Of a stretch of DNA of 64,000 nt, positions 1 to 10,382 are shown in pieces (the first letter of the stretch is position 1; each line of letters starts with the position of its first letter). The position numbers and the translations under genes were made by a program. The notes beneath the pieces were generated by a model. It was not told the DNA's origin. It saw only the letters and a list, made by a program, of their open reading frames with translations, and made no database searches. The stretch is from the NCBI GenBank assembly GCA_963774265.1, contig CAVZDU010000005.1, positions 416,001 to 480,000 of the forward strand, in the 5' to 3' direction. The DNA is from an uncultured Chloroflexia bacterium. Lineage in GTDB: Bacteria; Chloroflexota; Anaerolineae; CG2-30-64-16.

Positions 1-38
1 CCTCGCAGGGCTGAGCGGCCACCGGCACCACGGGCGTG

Positions 39-1124
39 TCAGTCGGGTCTAAGCCTGATCAAGACCGGCAGGTAGCCCCTCCGTGCTGGCATCGGAACCT
101 GTTCGACTGGAACTGCCAAATGCGCGGCAATCGCTGTCGTGGCCTTCACCTGCTCCAGCCAGTAGTCGAGATTCATATGGGCAATCGTGTCTTCTGAGGT
201 GTGGTCGTAGGGAGTTCGTTCGTTCTCGTAGCTCTCGATCTGCAGCCCCGTCGGTATGCCCTTCTCACGGAAGGGGAGCTCGTCCCCTCAGCCGCAGCCG
301 ACAACGAGCCTGGGCGCCAGGTCAAGTCGATAGGCCTTGATTGTCTCACTCATCATCTCTGTCACGACTGTGGATTGCGGACGCCCTCCGTGCCAAAGCT
401 CCATGACGCCATCGCGGTTGCCGTCATAGCCAACCACGTCGATATCTACGGCAACCTTGATGGCGTCTATTTCTGACGGCGAGAGCTGATCGAGATAACT
501 CCGGACTCCAAGCTTACCTTGCTCTTCTCCCGTCGAGAACAGCAGAACCACCGTACGGCTGAATTGTTGGCTGCTGAGAATCCTCGCCACCTCCAGCAGA
601 TCAACTGCGCCACTGGCGTTGTCATCCGCGGCAGGAAACCGTTCTTTGGCGTTTGGCCTGACGCCATCGACATGAGCGACAAGGTAGACCTCCTCGGCCG
701 GAGCACGGGATCCCGGTTTCCTGGCGATCACGTTGCGATCAGAACGTCCGGAACGAGACCAATTCTTAAGCTCAACCGAGTAACCCAGGCTGACAAGCTC
801 TTTGGCAATATAGTCAGTTGCCCGTTTGAGCCCCTCACTGCCGGTCAGCCGATTGGTGATCGTATAGCAGTCGGTCCCGGCACAGATGGGCTCTTCACCG
901 GTCAGCCGGCGGAGATCGCGCAGGGCTCTGGCCCGGTCGACTTGTCCCAGCATCTCTCGTACAACCCCGGTGGGCGAAATGACCGTTGCCCGGCTCGATT
1001 CCGGGAGAGAGACCGGCTGCGCCTCTCGATCCCGCGTTTGCAGTCCGCAGGCCGACGCGATCGCAACCGAGAAAGCCAGGCCCAAGAGAATAGTGACGCA
1101 GAGGGCCAATATTCCTTTTCTCAT
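39..1124 (-). CDS. Secreted M28-family zinc peptidase; in-frame TGA at 288-290 (candidate selenocysteine), full ORF ends at 39
   Basis: Signal peptide and AHVD, ADDNASG, GEEQG, DIDVVG motifs. The frame continues past the TGA as GDELPF..GIP..TPYDHTSEDT..YLPVLIRLRPD*, which is a typical M28 C-terminus. Confidence 0.8.
258..287 (-). promoter_or_regulatory. Putative bacterial SECIS-like hairpin
   Basis: After the UGA: GGGGACGAGCUC-CCCUUC-CGUGA-GAAGGG. The apical loop has G in its first two positions, about 19-20 nt downstream of the UGA. Confidence 0.4.
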
Positions 1125-1156
1125 GAAATCTCCCTCCCTCGCGGCGCTCTGAGTCA

Positions 1157-1792
1157 TTATGCGAGCGATGTGACGGTCGCGTCATGCAGGCTGTAGCGCA
1201 TTCCCACCACCTGCAAACCGCCGTGGCTGATTGCTTCGGCCAACACCGGCTCACCTTTGAGGCGGGCCACGGTCTCGACGATGTGCGCGTCGATGACATT
1301 TGCCACCGGGTCGCCGTCCTGCCCGCGCACCTTCTCCAGCGCAGGGCGGATGCAGCTCATGATGTTCGGAAGATGGCCCTGGGCAGGCGCGTTGGGAGCC
1401 GTCGCCGCGTAACTGGCCACTGTGGCGGTGACCGCGCCGCACTTCTCGTGGCCCAGGACAACGATCAACTGCACGCCGAGGTGCTCGACCGCATATTCCA
1501 GGCTGCCCAAGCTGATATCGTCGAGCACGTTGCCCGCGTTGCGGACGACGAACAGCTCTCCGAGGCCCCGGTCGAAGATGATCTCGGGCGGAACGCGCGA
1601 ATCGGAGCAACAGAGGATCGCAGCAAAGGGGTGCTGCGCCTGCAGCAACTCCTGAGCGCATCCGGATTGCACTGCGCTGCTGAAGCAGCTGTCACGGAAG
1701 GATTGGTTGCCGGCGTGCAAGCGCGCAAGCGCCGCGTCAGCGGGGACGGGTGGGTGGCTGTTCGGGTGGGAGCCGTGACTCTGTGACATCAT
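1157..1792 (-). CDS. Beta-class carbonic anhydrase
   Basis: CSDSRVPPE, VRNAGN, LEYAV and GHEKCGAV motifs. GGAGG RBS before ATG 1792; the longer track ORF is spurious at its N-terminus. Confidence 0.92.
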   Translation of the reverse strand: MMSQSHGSHPNSHPPVPADAALARLHAGNQSFRDSCFSSAVQSGCAQELLQAQHPFAAILCCSDSRVPPEIIFDRGLGELFVVRNAGNVLDDISLGSLEYAVEHLGVQLIVVLGHEKCGAVTATVASYAATAPNAPAQGHLPNIMSCIRPALEKVRGQDGDPVANVIDAHIVETVARLKGEPVLAEAISHGGLQVVGMRYSLHDATVTSLA

Positions 1793-1857
1793 GCCTCCAG
1801 CTGCGTCGCGTGGTATGGGGTCATTTAACACCGGCCCGTCGATTTTGCCTAATACCC

Positions 1858-2613
1858 CTACGCCGGAGCGCGGGAATGGTCCAGCTCTGCGCGCAATTGC
1901 CGCCATCCCGGGAGGAAGCGATCCATGTGGGCTTTGAAGCGGACCCCGTGGCCGCGTTCGAGCAGGTGGACGAGCTCGTGGACGAGGACGTATTCCAGCA
2001 GGCGGGGCGGCTTCTTGGCCAGCTCCAGGTTGAGCCAGATGCGCCGCGCCGTGGAATTGCACGACCCCCACCGGGTTCGCATATCCTTGACGCCCCACGC
2101 GGCAGCCTCGACGCCGATCACCGGCTGCCACTTCGCCAATAGGGCGGGGATCTGTGCCTTGAGCTCCGCCCGATACCACGCGGCCAACACGGCCGCGCGC
2201 TGCGCAACGTTGCTGCCCCTCCGCACGTACAGGTCGATCACGGGGGGGCGGCTGTCCCTGATGGGCGAGGGGCGCAAGTATGTATGGTCGGCTTCGTCGC
2301 CGTCGCGTCGAACCACTCTGCCCCGCCCATCGTGCTCGATGACGTTCAACAGGTGGCCGACGCCGCCGAAATCGTGGGTCTCGCCCGAGACATATTCGCG
2401 CGGCGCGTGGGCCACCCGACCGCCGCTGCTCGCCAGGTGGCGCCTGATCCAAGCCAGCCGCGCGACGACCGCCTGGCGCACCGCCTCGTCGTCCGCCCTA
2501 AGCGGTGCGGACACGCGGACGCGGCCCTCGGACGGGTAGACGGTCAGGCGCAGATGCCTGACTTTTTTGCGGATGACTTCGACGGCAAGGCCTTCAACGC
2601 TGATCTGATGCAT
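1858..2613 (-). CDS. YgjP/DUF45 (SprT-like, M48) zinc metalloprotease/hydrolase
   Basis: RKKVRHLRLTV, MRTRWGSC and YVLVHELVHL..H..F motifs; start may be 2622. Confidence 0.88.
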   Translation of the reverse strand: MHQISVEGLAVEVIRKKVRHLRLTVYPSEGRVRVSAPLRADDEAVRQAVVARLAWIRRHLASSGGRVAHAPREYVSGETHDFGGVGHLLNVIEHDGRGRVVRRDGDEADHTYLRPSPIRDSRPPVIDLYVRRGSNVAQRAAVLAAWYRAELKAQIPALLAKWQPVIGVEAAAWGVKDMRTRWGSCNSTARRIWLNLELAKKPPRLLEYVLVHELVHLLERGHGVRFKAHMDRFLPGWRQLRAELDHSRAPA

Positions 2614-2678
2614 GCGACTCATTTCCGGCTGGAGTAAGACCGCTGCAGCCATTATAGCCGAACTTCGCAAATTGGGTC

Positions 2679-2736
2679 TTGACAAATCCTCCTTCGAGGC
2701 GTACAATTGCGCCAAGTACTTTGTTGTGCAAAGTAC
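2679..2736 (+). promoter_or_regulatory. Sigma70 promoter plus palindromic operator
   Basis: TTGACA-17bp-TACAAT followed by GTACTTTG-N5-CAAAGTAC (2716-2736), upstream of the membrane protein/wHTH regulator pair. Confidence 0.75.
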
Positions 2737-2778
2737 ATTACAGCGCAGAAAGCCCCGACTATCTACAGGAGGGTTGAT

Positions 2779-3420
2779 ATGACAGGGCAGATCAGCAGTC
2801 AGGAAGCTCGGCGCAGGGTCGCCCAGCTCAGTACGTTTGAGGATGGCTTGTGGGACATGCTGCTGGGCAAGGTCTTCATTCTGCTCAGCATCTATCCGGT
2901 CACCAGGAACCTCTTGGGGCGAACCCTCAACCTGTTCCTCTTTTTTGGCCTGTTGGCGTTGCTCATCGCGGCCATGAGCGTCGCCCGGCGCACGCTGTCG
3001 ATCCCCCGCGTGGGCATGGCGAAGCTCAGCCACAGTCCGCTGGCCACTGTCGCCCGGATCACCTTGTTTGTGGTTACGGTGACACTGGTCTTCGCCACGT
3101 TGTTCATGACCCAAACGGTGAAGCAGCCGGCGTTGGCCGGAGCGCCCCCGTGGCTCAACCGGTTGAGCGGCGACATCTTTTTCGCTGCACTGATCATTGG
3201 CTTCTTTACGCTGTTCGCACATTTCACCGGCGTCCCGCGCCTGCACCTGTATGGCTGGCTCCTGGGGCTGGGGAACCTGGCCTCGGCCGCGCTGGCGCTC
3301 TACGCCGGTTTCACCTTCAGCCTGCCACTCGCGCTTGTCGGGCTGATCATCGTCCTGGTGGGCGCCAACCTGTTCTGGCGCTTCCTGCGCCGCTATCCCG
3401 TCCCGACCGAGGACAACTGA
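2779..3420 (+). CDS. Multi-pass membrane protein of unknown function
   Basis: AGGAGG RBS, about 6 hydrophobic segments, FEDGLWD motif. Confidence 0.8.
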   Translation: MTGQISSQEARRRVAQLSTFEDGLWDMLLGKVFILLSIYPVTRNLLGRTLNLFLFFGLLALLIAAMSVARRTLSIPRVGMAKLSHSPLATVARITLFVVTVTLVFATLFMTQTVKQPALAGAPPWLNRLSGDIFFAALIIGFFTLFAHFTGVPRLHLYGWLLGLGNLASAALALYAGFTFSLPLALVGLIIVLVGANLFWRFLRRYPVPTEDN

Positions 3421-3421
3421 G

Positions 3422-3754
3422 ATGACAAAGCTGAGCGAGTCCGGCGGGGAGCTGCATCCCCTGGCCAGCATCGACCGGATGGTTCACGAGCCGGCCCGGC
3501 TGATGGTTCTGAGCTATTTGGACGCGGTCCAGAGTGCGGATTTCGTCTTCTTGATGCGCCTGACGGGGCTGACGTGGGGCAATCTCTCCTCGCACCTGAG
3601 CAAGCTGGAGGAAGGCGGGTATGTCGCGGCGGAGAAAGCGTTCGTCAACAAGAAACCGCACACGATGATCCGCTTGACCGATCAGGGCCGGGCGGCCCTG
3701 CAGTCGTATCGGGAGGTCATGCAACGGGTGCTGAACGACGGACGGCCGGGGTGA
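3422..3754 (+). CDS. Winged-helix transcriptional regulator (HTH_34/MarR-ArsR-like)
   Basis: VHEPARL, LTWGNLSSHLSKLE and LTDQGR motifs. Confidence 0.9.
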   Translation: MTKLSESGGELHPLASIDRMVHEPARLMVLSYLDAVQSADFVFLMRLTGLTWGNLSSHLSKLEEGGYVAAEKAFVNKKPHTMIRLTDQGRAALQSYREVMQRVLNDGRPG

Positions 3755-3766
3755 TGGACGCGCCAC

Positions 3767-5764
3767 TCACCTTTCCTTGCGTACTACCCGCACATCGCGC
3801 GGCCCAATCTCGACGGCGCCGGCTGCTGCGCGGACGGTCTGCGTTTCATCGGTGAAGTTGAGCAGCAGTGTGTACGGGCCGCGACGAGCAGCCATCACAC
3901 CGGGCGGCAAATCATCCGCCAGGCGCGCCACGCCGGCCCCGCCGGCCAGGTAGCCCAGGATGGCCGATGCCTGCGCTTCGGTGGGATACCAGCCGAGATA
4001 GAGCACCTGCCCGCTGCCGGCCGCGCGGGCCGTCAGCGCCGCAGCGCCGGCGAACGGTCCAGAGGTGTATCGGGCCAGGGCCGATGTGTCCGGATCAGGC
4101 GCCAGCGCCTCGACCCAGAAGGAAGCCTGTTCCGGCAGGCCGGGCAGGTCCGTGCTGAGATCGTAGCCGATGCCCGGCGGCAGGCTGCCCCAGTCAGTTA
4201 CAGTCGCGCCTACCAGGTCACGCAATACGCCCGGCAACGGCTGGTCGGTCACCAGGTTGCTGGGGGTCTTGACCCCGGATCGCACGCCGAACAGCACCGT
4301 GCCCCCCGCACGGGCGTACGCAGCCAATCGCTCGGTCAACGCCTCGCTGGCCAGGATCGCCGAAGGGGCTGCAACCAACTTGTAGCGGCTCAGGTCCGCG
4401 TCTGGCGGGATGATATCCGCTAGGATGCCCAGCTTTGCCAGGCTGCGGTGGAAGAGGAACAGGTGGCGGAGGTGGGTGAAATCCTGGCGGTGCGGCTGGA
4501 TCTGGATGGCCCATAGGTCGTTGTAGTCCAGCAGCAGCGCCACCTCCGCCGTGACGGGATGCGCAGCGATCTCCGCCATCAGGGTTCGCTCGCCAGCCAT
4601 GGCCAGCAGCTCGCGGTAGCCGGTCGCGAGCGTCGCGTCGTGATGCAACATGCCGGAGTGGTACTGCTCGAACGCGTACCGGCACGCGCGCCAGCGGAAG
4701 TAGACCACGGCGTCCGCGCCTTCGGCCAGCGCGTGCCAGGTCCACAGGCGCATCGTGCCGGGGCGCACAGCGGTGTTGAACCGGCTCCAGTTGATGGGGC
4801 CGCACTGCTGCTCCATCACCCAAAAGGGCGCCTGCTTGTGCCCGCGCGCCTGTGCGTGGCAGAAGCCAGTGATGGTCGGGTCGCCCATGTCATAGGGGAA
4901 GGTGCAGCCCGGTTTCTCCGGCAGATAGAGGGCCTGCCCCATGTGCTCGGCATGGCCGGTCGGGTAGGAATCCCAGGCGATGAAATCAAGCGGCCGGGCC
5001 AGGTCGTGATAATCCAGGTCTTCGAAGTCGCCGAGCGTGTTGGTGGTGATAAACTGGCCGGCCGTGTTTTGGCGCAGGAGGTCTACCTGCAGCTGCTGGT
5101 ATGACACGGTTGTCTCGGATGCGAACCGCGCGTAGTCCAGCACGTGGCTCGGATTGGCGCCTGTGGGGGTCAGGTTGGGCAGCCGGATCTCCTCCCATCG
5201 GCCATAGCTCTGGCTCCAGAACACTGCGCCCCAGGCTTCGTTCAGCGCATCGAGGGTCCCGTATTTGCGCTTCAACCACTCCCTGAATGCAGCCGCACAC
5301 TGGTCGCAGTAGCAGCGTGCGGTGTCATGACAGCCGAACTCGTTGTCGATCTGCCAGCCGACCACGGCCGGGCGCCCACCGTAATGCTCGGCCATGGCTC
5401 GCACGATGCGTTCGCTGTGGCGGCGATAGGTGGGGCTGGTGGGGCAATAGTGGCGCCGCGTCCCGCTGTTCCGCACGCGGCCCGCCGCGTCCACCGGCAG
5501 CACGTCGGGATAGTTGTGGGTCAGCCAGGCGGGCGGCGCGGCCGTCGGCGTGCCCAACACCACCTGCAAGCCTGCGCCGGCCAGGGTCGCGATGGCCTCA
5601 TCCAGCCAGTCCCAGGCGAACCGTCCCTCGACCGGCTCCATGAGGTGCCACGCGAATTCGCCGATACGGACGTAGTCCAGGCCCGCGTCACGCATCATTT
5701 GCGCGTCGATCGGCCAGCGGTCGTGCGGCCAGTGTTCGGGGTAATAACAGACGCCAAGTTTCAT
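3767..5764 (-). CDS. Beta-galactosidase, GH42
   Basis: YYPEHW, IGEFAW, WQIDNE, CYCxxC zinc site, WVMEQQ and EQYHSG motifs. Confidence 0.95.
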   Translation of the reverse strand: MKLGVCYYPEHWPHDRWPIDAQMMRDAGLDYVRIGEFAWHLMEPVEGRFAWDWLDEAIATLAGAGLQVVLGTPTAAPPAWLTHNYPDVLPVDAAGRVRNSGTRRHYCPTSPTYRRHSERIVRAMAEHYGGRPAVVGWQIDNEFGCHDTARCYCDQCAAAFREWLKRKYGTLDALNEAWGAVFWSQSYGRWEEIRLPNLTPTGANPSHVLDYARFASETTVSYQQLQVDLLRQNTAGQFITTNTLGDFEDLDYHDLARPLDFIAWDSYPTGHAEHMGQALYLPEKPGCTFPYDMGDPTITGFCHAQARGHKQAPFWVMEQQCGPINWSRFNTAVRPGTMRLWTWHALAEGADAVVYFRWRACRYAFEQYHSGMLHHDATLATGYRELLAMAGERTLMAEIAAHPVTAEVALLLDYNDLWAIQIQPHRQDFTHLRHLFLFHRSLAKLGILADIIPPDADLSRYKLVAAPSAILASEALTERLAAYARAGGTVLFGVRSGVKTPSNLVTDQPLPGVLRDLVGATVTDWGSLPPGIGYDLSTDLPGLPEQASFWVEALAPDPDTSALARYTSGPFAGAAALTARAAGSGQVLYLGWYPTEAQASAILGYLAGGAGVARLADDLPPGVMAARRGPYTLLLNFTDETQTVRAAAGAVEIGPRDVRVVRKER

Positions 5765-5778
5765 TAGGTGGATGCCTT

Positions 5779-6938
5779 TCACGCTCGATGATGGTCGATG
5801 ACCTGCCGGTACAGCCCCTCCAGCCGGTCCACGTGCGCCTCGATCTTGAACTGCGCCGAGAGCTCCCGTGCATTGCTGGCGAAGGCGCGCCGGCTCGCCT
5901 CGTCCTGCAAGATTTCGGAAAGCCTGTCCGCGACCTCTGCGTCTGTGTCGGCCAGGTAACCGTTGAAGCCCTGGCGAACCAGATCGCTGAAGCTGCCATC
6001 ACGCCTTGCCACGATCGGCAAGCCGCACAAGGTCGCTTCGATCAGCGTCATCGGATGGATTTCGCTGAGCGAGACGGTCGCGAACACATGCGCGATCGAA
6101 TAAATCTCGGGCATTCGCTCCCAGGCGATCGGTCCCGCCAGCAGCACCTGGCGACTGAGGCCGGCCGCATGGGCCGCGGCTGCCAGCTCGGCCCGCGCGG
6201 GGCCTGTGCCTACGAAGAGCGCCCTGTAGCGTTCTTGCGTCTGCAAGACGGGCCGCAGCGCCTCCAGGAGTGCCAGCACCCGCTTCTCCTGCGCCAGCCG
6301 GCCGACGTAAAGGATGACGCGGTCCGCCGGGTCGAGGCCAAGGGCAGCGCGCGCCTGGTCGCAGTCCGCGCCTGTGATGCGGTCCGGATCAAACCACTCG
6401 GTGGACGCACCGTTGCCGATCACACTTGTGCGGAGCTCCGGGATGAAGGAGGCGACATAGGCGCGCCCCTTTCCGACGGGCAGACCGCCATATCATACCC
6501 GCGCAGGAGCGATGCAAGCAACCCGGAGATCGCCCGTTCGGGCAGCAGATGGCCCAACGGCACATAGTGCCGGTAGGCTGGGTAAAGCGTGTGCAGGGTG
6601 TGAACCAGCGGCAGGTTCGCCCGCCTGGCCGCGCGTTTGCCGGCCCAGCCCAGGGCGAATTCGGTGTGCGTGTGGATGATGTCCAACTTCTCCCGCGCCA
6701 CGATGCGGTCAATGGCCGCCTGTGACGTCAACCCGAGCCGGATTTCGATTTGTGCGTTGAACGGGAGCGAGGGAAAGCGGTAGACGGAGGGATCGCACTC
6801 GGCCGCGCCGGGGCTGGCGACGGTGAACAGGACCACTTCGTGGCCGCGGCGCTCCAACTCCCGCCTGGCCTGAACGATAGCAGTCGTCACGCCATTCTTG
6901 GTGGGCAGGTAGCAGTCCGTGAAGATGCCGATTTTCAT
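5779..6938 (-). CDS. GT4 glycosyltransferase (diacylglycerol glycosyltransferase-like), frameshifted near 6420-6470
   Basis: N-half KIGIFTDCY.P..NGV and HTHTEF; C-half YVGRLAQEK and SEIHPMTLIEA in another frame. Confidence 0.85.
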
Positions 6939-6951
6939 GTTTACCGGAGCA

Positions 6952-7019
6952 TGCCAGGTGCTGCCAGGTGCCGGGCACTTGTCGCCAGGTGCCGGGCACT
7001 TCGCAAGTGCCCGGCACCT
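6952..7019. repeat. REP-like GCCAGGTGCCGGGCACTT repeat cluster with perfect hairpin
   Basis: Tandem copies plus AGGTGCCGGGCACTT-CGC-AAGTGCCCGGCACCT; a related hairpin lies at 43391-43429. Confidence 0.75.
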
Positions 7020-7064
7020 CTTAGCGCGCGCCTGTGCTGCGCCCACCCCGCGTGGACCCCTGCC

Positions 7065-8588
7065 CTACGGGCGTTCGAACCTCTTGCCGGTCGCCAGCTC
7101 GACGCACTTGTACGCGCCGTCGTAGATGCCGATGCGCTTGTTCTTGACGATGCAGTCGCAGTACAGCTCCAGCAGATCGGCGCCGTTTGTCAGCAGGTCG
7201 ATCGCCTGCAGGGTCTGCGGGATGGTGCGCGTTTCGACGGTGCCGTCGCCTAGCTCCGCGCCGCGGATCGCGCCCCACATCTCGTGCCCGCCCACGCGCG
7301 CGTTGAAGATCTTCGGCACAGGATAGAAGGCCAGCTCGCTGGGCTTGGTGATCATGACGTCGATCACTCGCATCAGGTAGTTGGTGGCATAGACGGCATG
7401 GAAGGTGTTGTCGTGCAGGAACACGTGCATCCCTTCGGCCGGCCCGGACCGAATCTGGTCGACCAGCACCTTGGTGTCATCCCACGTGAAGTGCGTCTGG
7501 ATAAGTTCCTTGTACGAGGTCAGCTCACCCTGCAGCCAGACCCAGTTGTCCTTGTGATCGCCCAGGTTGACGAACAGTGTGATCTTGCCGGCCTTGACCA
7601 GCGGGATGCAGTGCTCGATGATGGCCTTGAATAGCTCGCGTTGCGCGCCTGCGCCGCCCATGGTGACGAGGAAGCGACGCGGCGCTCCGCCTCGCATGCG
7701 CGCGAGCCGCGCAGCGCAATCGACCTCGATGTTCTCCACCAGCTCGTGGTCCACGTGGTGGCCGGTGTAGTAGATCGCATCGGGCGGGGTTGGGTTCAGG
7801 ATCGCACCCTTTTCGTCGAAGCCGCGCATCGCACGGAAGCCGTAGTAGCCCGAAGGAGACTGCACCCCGTGCTTGGCGCCCTCGGTCAGCTGGAAGGCCA
7901 TCGGCCAGTTGTCGAACATCATGTCGACGACGTTGGTCATGCCGCCCGCGACCGCACCCATGCAGGTCCACATGTGCGACGTGAGCACCGGCATGTCGGA
8001 GGGTAAAGCCTCGTGCAGGTTGCGGAACAGCTCGCTCATCTTATAGTCTTTGACGTTGGTCTTCAGAAAGCGCCAGGGCCAGCCCACGGTCCAGCTGTTC
8101 AGGAACGACCAAAGCCCCGGCAGCGTGCGCTCTCCGGTGGTGACCGACTCCCAGACATATTTGTTGAACAGCTCGCTCCGCTGCGAGATGCGGGACCAGC
8201 GGCTGTACCAGGTGTTGCACCAGTTGATCACGTCGGTGGTGATGCCGGGGATCGCCAACATGTCCAACCAGTACGGGGTGAAGCCCATCGCCCTGGCGCA
8301 CGACGCGCCGGCCATCGCGATACGGTAGTGCCCGAACCCCATGCGGATCGTGCTGCAGATGACCGCGTTGTCGGCAACGATCGGCTCACCATCATCCCCG
8401 CGCAGGATGTCCTTCAGCCCAAAGATCGAGCCCCCATACGGGTTGTCCTTTAGGCAGAGTGCGTACTTCTCGTGCGGGTCGTAGTTGAACTTCTTGACGA
8501 ACATCGCCTGCCACTTGGTGGCCTTACGGGATGCTGATTCGCTGAGTGCGTTGCCGTACACGACGTAGCGGCCGTTTTCCATCTTCAT
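7065..8588 (-). CDS. Uncharacterised GT-B-fold protein, MGDG-synthase/UgtP-like
   Basis: RMGFGHYR, LVTMGGAG and ITKPSEL motifs resemble GT28-type enzymes (inference). Confidence 0.65.
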   Translation of the reverse strand: MKMENGRYVVYGNALSESASRKATKWQAMFVKKFNYDPHEKYALCLKDNPYGGSIFGLKDILRGDDGEPIVADNAVICSTIRMGFGHYRIAMAGASCARAMGFTPYWLDMLAIPGITTDVINWCNTWYSRWSRISQRSELFNKYVWESVTTGERTLPGLWSFLNSWTVGWPWRFLKTNVKDYKMSELFRNLHEALPSDMPVLTSHMWTCMGAVAGGMTNVVDMMFDNWPMAFQLTEGAKHGVQSPSGYYGFRAMRGFDEKGAILNPTPPDAIYYTGHHVDHELVENIEVDCAARLARMRGGAPRRFLVTMGGAGAQRELFKAIIEHCIPLVKAGKITLFVNLGDHKDNWVWLQGELTSYKELIQTHFTWDDTKVLVDQIRSGPAEGMHVFLHDNTFHAVYATNYLMRVIDVMITKPSELAFYPVPKIFNARVGGHEMWGAIRGAELGDGTVETRTIPQTLQAIDLLTNGADLLELYCDCIVKNKRIGIYDGAYKCVELATGKRFERP

Positions 8589-8600
8589 GTCTTGACTCCA

Positions 8601-9440
8601 TTACCCTTTGGTGGCGCCCAGTGTCAGCCCCGCGATGAAGTAGCGCTGCAGGAACAGGAAGACGAGCACCGTGGGCAGGGTCGCGATGAGTGAGCCGGAG
8701 ATAATGACAGTCCAGTCCATGACATATTGCCCACGCAGTGCAGCGAGACCGGTCGTCACCGGCTTCAGCTTGTCGTTTTGCACCAGGATCAACGCCCACA
8801 AGAAGTCGTTGAAGATCCAGGTGAACTCCAGCGTCGCCAGGGCAGCCATTGCGGGTAACGTCAGCGGCATCATGATCTGCCGATAGATGCGGAACTCACT
8901 GCAGCCGTCCATGCGCGCGGCCTCCAGGATTTCGTCCGGGATTGTGCGCATGTAGTTGCGCAGGACGAAGGTGCAAAATCCTAGCTGGAAGGCCGTGTGG
9001 AAGATGATTAGCGCCCAGTAGGTATTGTAGAGGCCGATGGCGTTCACCAATCGAAAGACCGGCAGCAGCAGGATCTGGAACGGCAGCATCATGCCCGCGA
9101 CAAAGACAAACAGGATCAGCCGGTCACCCCGGAAGCGGAACCGCGAGAGCGCGTAGCCCGCCAGGGATGAGAGAAACAACGTCAACACCAACGACGGGAG
9201 GGTGATGATGAAGCTGTTGGGCAGGTAATGCGTCAGGCCGCCGCGCGTCCACGCCTCGCCGAAGTTCTTGAGTGTCAGCACACTGGGCAGGGACCAAAAC
9301 CCATGGGTGAGGATGTCGTTGTTGGTGCGCAGCGCGGTGATCAGCGCGGTGAGCACCGGCACCAGCCACAGGAGGGTCAGCGCGTAGATAAAAATGTAGA
9401 CAGCCCAGCGCTGGAGCAGACCCTTTTGTTTGTCAGTCAT
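8601..9440 (-). CDS. Carbohydrate ABC transporter permease (MalG-like)
   Basis: EAARMDG EAA loop and TM helices. Confidence 0.95.
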   Translation of the reverse strand: MTDKQKGLLQRWAVYIFIYALTLLWLVPVLTALITALRTNNDILTHGFWSLPSVLTLKNFGEAWTRGGLTHYLPNSFIITLPSLVLTLFLSSLAGYALSRFRFRGDRLILFVFVAGMMLPFQILLLPVFRLVNAIGLYNTYWALIIFHTAFQLGFCTFVLRNYMRTIPDEILEAARMDGCSEFRIYRQIMMPLTLPAMAALATLEFTWIFNDFLWALILVQNDKLKPVTTGLAALRGQYVMDWTVIISGSLIATLPTVLVFLFLQRYFIAGLTLGATKG

Positions 9441-9449
9441 GGCGGCCTC

Positions 9450-10364
9450 CTAATACTCCAGCTCGGTGCGCAGTGTCTGCCACAGGTAGATGAAGATGAA
9501 GACGGCGGTGATCAGGAACAGGATCACCGCGATCGCGGCGCCATAGCCCATCTTGTAATTGTTGAACGCTTCGATGTACATCAAATTCGCGAGCACGCTC
9601 GAGGAGTTGGCCGGACCCCCGCGCGTCATCACGAAGACCAGGTCGAAGGACCGCAGGGAGTCGATGATGCTGATGACCACCACCACGACCGTGATCGGGC
9701 TGAGCAGCGGCAAGATCACGTGGCGGAACGTCTGCCAGAAACTGGCCCCATCCACCTGTGAGGCATCGATCAACGATGGATCCACGCCCTGCAGGCCGGC
9801 CAGGTACAATGTCATGACGTACCCTACCTGGCGCCAGATCGCTGCGGCGATGATGCACCACGTCGCCAGCCGGGGATCGCTCAGCCAACCCGGCGTCTTA
9901 GTAATTCCGAGCGCATTCAGCACGCTGGTGAAAAGCCCGGAGGCAGGCTGGTACATCCAGCCCCAGATCAGGCCGATGACCACCGGTGCGATGATGTAAG
10001 GCGAGTAAAAGGCCGATTTGATGGCCCTGGCGCCCGGGATGTCGCGGTTCAGGACCATCGCCAGGGCCAGGCCGATGACCACCGGCGCGGTGATGAAAGA
10101 GACCACCCACTTGGCGTTGTTGGCGAGTGCGGTCCAGAAAATCGGATCATCGAACAGTCGCACGTAGTTCCGCAGGCCGATGAACCCCGGCGTCGACACG
10201 CCATCCCAGTTGGTCAGGCTGAGATAGAAAGAATAGATCATCGGGCCGATGACCCACATGAGGAACAGGGCGAGCGGGGCTGCCAGGAAGAGATAAGGAA
10301 TCCACGCGGCCTTCCCGCCAGACTGCCGCCAGCGGCCGGGTCGTGTGGCGCTCTTGGTTGCCAT
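9450..10364 (-). CDS. Carbohydrate ABC transporter permease (MalF-like)
   Basis: YLAGLQ..DASQVDGA and MTRGGP motifs; GGAGG RBS before ATG 10364. Confidence 0.95.
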   Translation of the reverse strand: MATKSATRPGRWRQSGGKAAWIPYLFLAAPLALFLMWVIGPMIYSFYLSLTNWDGVSTPGFIGLRNYVRLFDDPIFWTALANNAKWVVSFITAPVVIGLALAMVLNRDIPGARAIKSAFYSPYIIAPVVIGLIWGWMYQPASGLFTSVLNALGITKTPGWLSDPRLATWCIIAAAIWRQVGYVMTLYLAGLQGVDPSLIDASQVDGASFWQTFRHVILPLLSPITVVVVVISIIDSLRSFDLVFVMTRGGPANSSSVLANLMYIEAFNNYKMGYGAAIAVILFLITAVFIFIYLWQTLRTELEY

Positions 10365-10382
10365 GGTGCACCCTCCGTGGGG

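Noticed and set aside
1793-2452. N-terminal extension of the carbonic anhydrase ORF; likewise the extension of the YgjP ORF to 3471
   Set aside because: They overlap real genes in other frames or strands; the true starts are downstream.
6952-7019. Possible CRISPR array
   Set aside because: Repeats are abutting or inverted with no unique spacers, and no cas genes are present.
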